Assembly (NCBI RefSeq): GCF_009914755.1 | Contig: NC_060937.1 | DNA length: 64,000 bases | Strand: one strand, 5' to 3' | Origin: the human T2T-CHM13v2.0 reference genome, Homo sapiens | Shown: positions 55,182 to 64,000 of the stretch, piece by piece | Layout: each line of letters starts with the position of its first letter | How positions within the stretch are numbered: the stretch's first letter is position 1 | The notes under the pieces: model-generated | What the model saw: only the letters and a program-made list of their open reading frames with translations | Told to the model about the DNA's origin: nothing | Database searches by the model: none | Translations under genes and position numbers: made by a program

Positions 55182-55940
55182 TGTGGATGTAAAGAGTCAA
55201 ACTCTGTAAAATATTATAAGAGATTCATTCTGAGCCAAATATGAGTGACCATGGCCCATGACACAGCCCTCAGGGAGTCCTGAGGACATGTGCCTAAGGT
55301 GGTCGGGGTACAGCTTGGTTTTACATATTTTAAGGAGGCATGAGACATCAATCAAATACATTTAAGAAATACATTGGTTTGCTTCAGAAAGGCGGGACAA
55401 CTCAAAGCGGGGGCTTCCAGGTTATTGGTAAATTTAAACATTTTCTGATTGATAGTTGCTTGAGTTTATCTGAAGACCTGGAACCAATGGAAAGGAATGC
55501 TCAGATTAAGATAAAGGATTGTGGAGACCAAGTTTTACTGTCCAGAGGAATCTCTCAGATAGCAGACTTCAGAGAGAGAGCAGGTTGTAAAATGTTTATC
55601 ATCAGAACTGAAAGGGTGCCTGACTCTTAGTTGATTATCTCCTGGATCTGGAAAGAAAGGAAGGAAAACAAAGGGGAAAGGGGCTTCTCTATAGGATGTA
55701 GATTTTTCCCACAAGAGACTTTGCAGGGCAATTTCAAGATATGACAAGGGAATATATTTTGGGGTTAAATATTTTTTCCTTGTCTCATAATGTTATGCAA
55801 GAGTCAGATGGAAGAGTAAGTCATGATATATACGGTCAAATAAAACCCATCTGATGAGAATTTATGGTTTGTAGGGCATGACTCCCTAGACCCCTTTGGT
55901 AGGAATTTGTGCAAGATAAAAAATCAGAGCTTAGTCCTCA
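55182..55940 (-). mobile_element. MER4E-like ERV1 solo LTR
   Basis: 'gagtcaaactctgtaaaata...tgagccaaatatgagtgaccatggccc' and end 'aaatcagagcttagtcctca' (reverse complement TGAGGACTAAGCTCTGATTT). Confidence 0.88.
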
Positions 55941-55959
55941 AGTACATTTTATTATACTA

Positions 55960-56528
55960 AAAATTGTACTAAAAATTAAAGGTGCTTAAAACAACAATCA
56001 TTTATTTGCTCCTATTTCTGAAATTTTGGTGGTGCTCATTAGGAATGGCTTCCCTCTGTTCTGTATGGACTGACATTGGGGCTAGAGTTTTTAAGATGGC
56101 TTCTTTACTCGTATGTCTTTGCCTCAGTTGGAATGACTAGAATAGCTCAGAACTGGTTGGGCATCCTCTCTCTCTCTCTCTGTCTCTCTCTCTTTTTTTT
56201 TTCTCTCTCTCTCTGCATGACCTCTCCATGTGACTACCTTTGGTTTTCTCACAGCATGGTGGTTTTGCAACTTCTTCCATGCTGCCATGATTACCCCAGA
56301 ACACAAAGTTGGACACTATTAAGCTTTCTTAATGCTTGGTTTTAGAAGTCTCAGAATGCCATTTCCTTTGAGTTCTATGGGTCATAATAATCACAGGGAC
56401 AGCACATTTTCAAAAAGAGATGAAATGGACTTCATCTCTTAATTGGGGAATGTCAAGGTCACATTGCAATAGGGCATGTGGAATGGGAGTTATTGTTGTG
56501 CCATTTTAGGAAACATGATCTGCCAAAC
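55960..56528 (-). mobile_element. Old MLT1-type LTR
   Basis: 'gcttaaaacaacaatcatttatttgctc...tctcacagcatggtgg...caaggtcacattgc'. Confidence 0.78.
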
Positions 56529-57549
56529 TCTTTCAAGTCAACTTCTATGGAACATGAGAATTCACCCTAGAATAGCTGAGTGCTAGGGAGACAAACGTGA
56601 CTTACTGACAAAGCCTGCATTGTTAGAGGGAAAATTCAGAGCACAGCATGAGGTTTGTCATTAAGATTTGTCTAATATATATATATATGTCTACGCTTCT
56701 AGACTTTGGAAAATATCAAGAGATTTGAAGGTGAATCAGTTTCCACCAAATAAAAATACTCCAATCAGATCTGAAAGGCAAAAGATGAGACAGAGCCAAT
56801 CTTGCTACACTTTCATATTTTTCCCTCTCATTTGCAGGAATAAAGTTATTGGGGAATTTGCAGAAGCTTCCCAGTCCACAATCACTGGCTTTGACAATGC
56901 TGAGAGTCATTTCGGGTTACAGAGGCAGTGTCTTCCTGATCCCCAGATCATACTTGGTCATACTTAACGACAATATGAAATTGATGTCCGGAGTCCCAGT
57001 GATAGCCTCCTAATTCCAACTTCCTGGTCAGGAACTTCCCCTGAAGGTTAATTTCTTGGAGATTTAGTCTGGAATCTACTTCTTTAGCCCTTCCAATAAA
57101 TTGTTACAATCTAATCTTTCAGTAGTAAATTTCTTTCTGCTTAAAATAGCTGAAGTGGTTTCTCCATCCTGTAGCCCCATCCTGCCTGAGACAGCCCATC
57201 TGTGATAGATGTCACCAGGGGAAGGAAGTTCTAGTAACAGGAAGGGCACTACCATGCAAAAGCAGCACAGTACCCACTAAGGCAGCTGTCCTCATGGAAT
57301 AGAATAAAAATGCTCAAGACAAACAGCAGAAGCCTGTGTGGGTAGCTGATCAGATTTGCTCTTTGAGCTCCTATGAGATGGCTCAAAGAGATTTCCACAA
57401 ACATCTGTTAGGAGACTGCACTGTTAGGAGACTACACATCAGTTAAATAAAGGTGTTGTCTTTCTTGAATAAGCTCTCTTGAATCCCATCTGAGAAGCTG
57501 AGAAGTGGGTGGAGTCTGTGACATTTTGACTTTGTTCTACATATATTTT

Positions 57550-58140
57550 TAAATACTATCTTTATTAAAGTGTTATTGACATAGTAAACTGCATATGCAT
57601 AAAGTATACACTTTGGTAAATTTTTGCATAAGTATGCCTACTGAAACCATCACTAGGATCAAAATAATGAATATATCCAAGCTTCCCAACAGCTATCTCA
57701 TGGTTCTTTGGAATTTCTTTCTCATGTCCATCTCTGTCTTACTCCCTTTCTTTTACTCTAGTACCAATAACAACTGATCTGCTTTCTGTCATTATAGATT
57801 AGATTGACATTTCCAGAGTTTGAGATATTTCAAAACATATAGTACCTGCTCTTTTTTTTCTCTGCTTCTTTCACTAGGCATAATTATTTTGAAATTTAAC
57901 CTGTTGTTGCATATATCCACAGTTTATTCACTCTTATTGGTAAGTAGTATTCTGTCATACGGATTTAGTATACTTAGCTTATTTATTCACTTGTTGACAG
58001 CCATTTGGGTAATTTCCAGTATAGGACTATAATATATAACACTGCCATGAATATTCATGTAAAATCTTTGTATGCATATTCATTTCTCTTGGGTAATTAT
58101 GTTCCAGTGGAATGACTGGCTCATATAGCAGATATCTGCA
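57550..58140 (-). mobile_element. Old L1M 3' end
   Basis: 'caactgatctgctttctgtcattatagattag' and 'aacactgccatgaatattcatgta'. Confidence 0.85.
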
Positions 58141-58766
58141 TTTCCACTTACAGCCTATGGGTTGTACATTCCCACTAAAATTTTTTACTTTTACAAATAT
58201 AAAAACTGAAATCTAACTAATACTAATTTGACATTTTTTCCATTTATGTGTCATACACATACACACTACACACATATATACATATGTTTTTATAATTAAT
58301 ACTACATAAAATTTCACATGGATTTTACTAAATTGGCATACAGTTTATTTATGTTTGCATGTCAACAAAGAGAAAATTATTATAATCTGCTTTTAGGATT
58401 TTTCATTGTGTAATATCAAGCATTGAAAGAAAGATAAAGTATGCTGTTTTATACATTGTTGATTTATAATTTGAGATTCAGATATTTAATACACATTTTA
58501 AAATAATGATAACGTATGGCTTAGTGTTTAATGATGTGTGAAAATAAGGACTATGATGTCAGTGTGTTCACCTTATTAACATACCTATTTAGGTCCTCTC
58601 AATAGAACATGGCTTCAATGATGGAAAACATAATTTACTGAGGGCAAAATGGGAAGATATTTGTAAATAAGGGAAAGGCTAGGAAACTATAATTTTTTGG
58701 TACTACTTGTTTTAAAATGTAAGACCTAGTGGTATATTTCACATCCTCAAAAAAAGAATCTTTTCC

Positions 58767-59083
<317 letters not shown>

Positions 59084-60651
59084 CCTGTTCCTTTTTTTAA
59101 CTCTACATTTTCACTGGTTCTTTTCTTCTCTTTGTTAATATTTTAAATTATTTTACTATCTCTTCAGATTTAAAAACAAATAAGATTTCACACATACCTT
59201 TGTCATTTTCTCAAGTATCTGAAATTTTTCACAAAATTTGATACTGCCATTAGCGTGTTACTATATTTCATTTTTAGTCCTTTTAGTTGCTGTTGCCATG
59301 TGGTTTGATTTTTTAAAAGTTAAAAAATGACAAGAAATCAAGAATGGAGGAAAGTTTTTTTAAAAATGATAGTGTTACTCTTTATATATAAAATAGCCAC
59401 ATTGATACTTTCAGTGGAAAGTGTTTATTCAAATGCATAGTAAAAGCAAAAGTATTTTAAAAATTCAGTTTTGCTAGTTGGTACATTTAACTCTGATCAT
59501 ACAGAAAGTATTACAGCTTTCAACATGATTTCTCATCCTGAATTTGCTTACTAAATTCAAATTGATCGTATAATAGTACATTTACTTTATTGATTACTTG
59601 CCCAGTTATGCTAAAAGAATATGCATTCTGCTTCTTAGAATCACTCTATTGAGATCTCCTTATCAGACCCCTGCAGAATGTGCCTAAAACACAGTAGACT
59701 TGAATAATTTGCTGTTTTGTAATATGCAGCAAACAGAGACCCCAAAATCTCTTCCCTTATTGTGCTTACAGAAGTAAGAATCTCTGAGGATTTGATCTTC
59801 GTTTCTGAAGTTCAGGTCTCTCAATCATACCAATAACAAGAATGCCTCCGTTTGTCTACATTACAAAGATAATCAGAATCAAATCACATGAAATCATTGA
59901 AGTAACAGTGCTAGTTTACCTTCAAACTACTATAAAATATGTTATAATTTAAGGACATTATCGGGGTTTATGTATGGTTTTCTGCTTCAGAAAAAGCTAG
60001 GGGAAGACTTCAATTCAATTTTTAGAATTGAATTATGTGTACAGAGAGAGATACAGAATGGCATCCTCAGTACATCTCTTTTATTAGCTCTTTATTATAT
60101 TTGTCAGTTTTATCTTGATGTCCAGTAATAAATGCAGTCTTTAAAAGAAATGCAATAGGAAGAAACATTGTTATTATCAACAATTAGCCTCAGCCATTTG
60201 ACTGGCATTGCACTTGCTATAACTCTGATTTGGGGCTTTCGGTAATGCCATCTAAATACAAATACTCTAAATGCAAACAATGTAGCTTTATAGGAAGAAT
60301 ATTTCATTTTATGACAAATGCAAAGAACACAAATATGTTGAAGCTAAATTATCAGGAAGGTGACAAAAAAAAGTCCATGGTTGGAATACCTTAAACATTA
60401 AGAAAAAATCAACACTAGCATTCACCTTTCATTCAGATTATGAAATTAAATAGGTATTTATTTACATATGAATAATCAGAGATGTGTGAAGTACATAATC
60501 CTAATAGGTTAGGCAAAACTTATTGTTTCTAATAAGATGATGAACTAAATACCCTGAAAACCCTGGCAAAAAAACCCTCCAAATATTGATAAAATATATT
60601 TTCAAAAATTCTCTTAAAACACTCATAAGAAAGTAAGACACACTCAGTATT

Positions 60652-60806
60652 GAGAGAGAGAGAGAGAAATAGAGACAGGAAAGATGGAAGGAAGGAAGGA
60701 AGGAAGGAAGGAAGGAAGGAAGGAAGGAAGGAAGGCGGGCGGGCGGGAGGGAGAGAGGGAAGGAAGGAAGGAAAGAATGAAGGAAGGAAGGAAAAAGGAG
60801 GGAAGG
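60652..60806 (+). repeat. Polypurine tract with a perfect (GGAA)12 at 60686-60733
   Basis: Directly visible. Confidence 0.95.
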
Positions 60807-61539
60807 ATATGTTGTTTTCTTATCTTTCAAATAAAGATAATGTTTTTCTTATCTATAAAATAAGTAGGCTTTAGTAAATAGTTAAAACAGGAATAGAAAA
60901 AAAAGCTCTGTGGCCACATTACCTGGAAAGTGCAACCTGGGATGCTTTTTAAATCCAAGGCTTTTAAAGAGTTTCAACTTTACTGAAATGACAAACCAGG
61001 AAAAACATTCAAATCCAAAATTCGTTTAAATAACATATGTTAACATACGGAAATTAAGCCTAAACTTAAAATCTAAAGTGTGAAAGACAATGGGAAGTAT
61101 AGGAATAAGTGTGGAAAATGTAAATATTCATCAACTATGCAAACAATAATATTAGGAAGATTAATTTAGAAGGAAATGGTGTAAATAAACCATTGGATAT
61201 CAATTACATTTAAAATTCAAATGTGAAACTGAAGTTGATGACTCCAAAAATCTCTGAAATATCTATAAGCAGTGTAAAGATACAAATATTTTTTATTCTT
61301 TTAAATAAGTATAGCTTTGAAGGGCAATAAATAAAATAAAAGTTGAATGTATAACTTCTAAAACTGTAATGCAAAAAAGTATGTTTAAAAATTAACTGGC
61401 ACAAAAGACATTGAGAGAAAAATTCATAGAAAAAAATCAAATAAATAGAGGGTACATAATAAACTAAAAATACTTTCAATTATATTATTAGGATAATATT
61501 TTAATAATCTAGTTGTAAAAGGCTCTACAGGTAAAAGAC

Positions 61540-61941
61540 TGATATGGTTTGACTCTGTGTCCCCACCCAACTCTAATCTCAATTTGCAATCTCCATAATC
61601 CCTGCGTATTGAGGGAGAGCACTGGTGGGAGGTGATTGGATCATGGGGGTGGTTTCCCCATGCTGTTTTTGTGATAGTGAGTTCTCATGAGATCTGATGG
61701 TTTTATAAGGAGCTCTTCTCTTTCCCTTTCTTTCTCTCTTTCTGTCTCCCTCTCTCTCTCTCTCTCTCTGTCTCACCTGCTGCCATGTAAGACATGCCTG
61801 CTTCCCCTTCCACCATTATTGTAACTTTCTTGAGGTCTCCCCAGCCATATGGAACAGTGAGTCAACTAGACTTCTTTTCTTTATAAATTACTCAGTCTTG
61901 GGTGGTATTTCTTTATACCAGTGTGAAAACAAACTAATACA
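61540..61941 (+). mobile_element. THE1D/MSTA-like solo LTR
   Basis: tgatatggtttg...aactaataca termini; perfect TSD AAGAC (61535-61539, 61942-61946). Confidence 0.94.
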
Positions 61942-62249
61942 AAGACTAAACTTGCAAGACTAAATATTTTTTAAATGACTATAAGTTATTTACATAAGAT
62001 CAAATTACAAAATAAATTTCATGCAAATATGAAACAAAGGAAACCTACATAGTCATATGAATGTGACTAAAAAAAAAAATTAGACTACAAATTAATATTA
62101 CAAAAAAGAGTGTGTAACATGAAAATATGTTTTTAATCTATCAGGAATATACAAGGATTCAAAATTATTTTCACCTATTATAAATTGCATTATATAAAAC
62201 AAAATTAAAAATAGATTTTTACAAGTGTAATAATTATGTTTTCTTAATA

Positions 62250-64000
62250 CTTCACTTAGTAGAACTTTAACATATTAGGAAAATATAGAAACTATGCATA
62301 TTACATCAGCATATGGGAGGATTTCTTAAACAGATGGAACATATATGACAGAAATGAATGCTAATAAATTTAAAATTAGACTTTCTGTAAAGCAAAATCA
62401 CCACATACAAGTTAAATTACAAATCGCATTTAACAAAAGATTAATATAAATAGTAAATTTTTAAAAATCACAAACTTATAAACAGTGGTCAACCTTGTAT
62501 CACAAAATCTATTCAATAATTTCATTAATATCTTATCACTGTAAGAAAAGTTACAGGAATACAATAATTCAAGAGAAAATGAACTATCATTCTCAAATTA
62601 TATGTTAATTTACTTAGAAATACAAAGAGAATCTGAAGAAAGGTATCAAGTAAGAGAGTTTAGCAATGACAGTAAATATTAGATTAGTGCAAATTCAATT
62701 CTTTCAAATTAGTAACAAAATGCCACCAGTAATTGCAACAAACTCCAAGGCACCTATGAATAAATTAACAAAACATGCATGACTTTTATTATAAAAAGGT
62801 ATTTTTAATTGAATGATTAAAATGGAACTGAGTAAAAGTGGAGATATAGGTTCCTGGAGAAAAAGAAGCAATATGATTAATTATTTGATAAATTCAGTGT
62901 TTTTTTCATCAGAAATCCCAAATAATTTATGTGTGTGTGTGCACTAGTGGTGTATGTGTATGTGTGTGTGTTGTTCATATTTGCATGTGAGAAATTAACA
63001 AGCAGAATGTAGATATACTAAAGAACAAAGGATTTGCAGCTGCTGTTTTAATCCAGTTCTTCAGAAGCAGCCTGAAAAATAAGGATTCCTGTGCTAGTGT
63101 TTAAAAAAAAAAACATGACAAGAAGAAACTCCCTACCAAGGTGAGAGGAACGTGGCAAGGACAAAAGGGAACTTAGCAAGGCTGTGATTTCAGATAAAGC
63201 ACCATAACGAATAGATCTAGGTTGGTTTCATAGGAAAGCTCTGGAGTAAACTAACTGCTCACAATTGTTTCAAGACAGTGACTCTGGTCTTTCATATACC
63301 TACATTTCCACAGTCATTGTTTAGGGGCTGCTGCTGTTTTCCTGTTTGTAGACAAACCTGAGTTCCAGTAACATTAAGATGCTTGGAACCAAGAGCACAC
63401 CACAGGTAAGGGAATATACAAAATGGTTTTAAATAAATCTTAAGATTGTCCTAGCCTATTTGCCAAAACAATTTTTTAAAAAGGAAAAGATGGAGGGCAC
63501 TATTTTTTTTGCCTTTTATCAATAATTGTAAAAGTAGAACAAGCAATACCATCCAATATTTGTGCACGAAGAGAAAAATAGACCTGAGTATGAGAAGCAA
63601 ATCAATGAATATCGGAAAATTTGATATGTGAGAAAGACGGTTTTGCAAAATTAGTGGGAACACAGTAGAATTTCAATTAAAAGGTGTTGAAACAAATGTT
63701 TTCCATAAAAATTGAAATCAAATTAGATTTATCTTTCATAATGTATGCATAAGTCAATTTTAATTGAGTTAAATCATGAAATAGAAAATATAATATATAA
63801 TTATTTTAGAAGAAAATATAGGAGAATAGATTTTGAAGACCTTGAATTAGAAAAATATTTATTAAAAAAGACCCTAAAAGCAAAACCTTATAAAATTTTG
63901 ATTAATTCAACTACATGACTTATTTGTAGTCTTCTCAGCCTAAATATATAATTAAATAGTAAAATGACAGGCCAGAAAAGTGAAGACAGGCTTTGAAATA
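62250..64000 (+). mobile_element. Ancient L1M ORF2 fragments, with a probable old LTR fragment at ~63045-63400
   Basis: 'ttttagaagaaaatataggagaata', 'taagagagtttagcaa' and 'ttcaattaaaaggtgttgaaacaa' sense L1 motifs. Confidence 0.65.

Overview
This window is AT-rich, repeat-dense primate (hominoid, probably human) genomic DNA, intergenic or deep intronic. I found no credible cellular protein-coding exon, rRNA, tRNA or CRISPR array. The longer recognisable ORFs are retroelement remnants: L1 ORF1/ORF2, ERVL pro/pol and the THE1 internal ORF. The rest arise from Alu, low-complexity or AT-rich sequence. Content includes many L1 fragments, among them a 5'-truncated L1PA2 with a perfect 18-bp TSD inside an ERVL provirus. 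There are also nine dimeric Alus plus a FLAM, a complete THE1C LTR-int-LTR element, several solo LTRs, DNA-transposon fossils (MADE1, Tigger4a, MER58, MER63) and microsatellites. I cannot support a new gene system here. The most unusual structure is an Alu whose TSD-bounded insert carries a 152-bp copy of apparently unique DNA from 1.4 kb upstream inside its poly(A) tail. A second, unexplained ~72-bp non-tandem local duplication lies nearby. Subfamily names come from recalled consensus sequences, not a database search, and boundaries of old elements are approximate.
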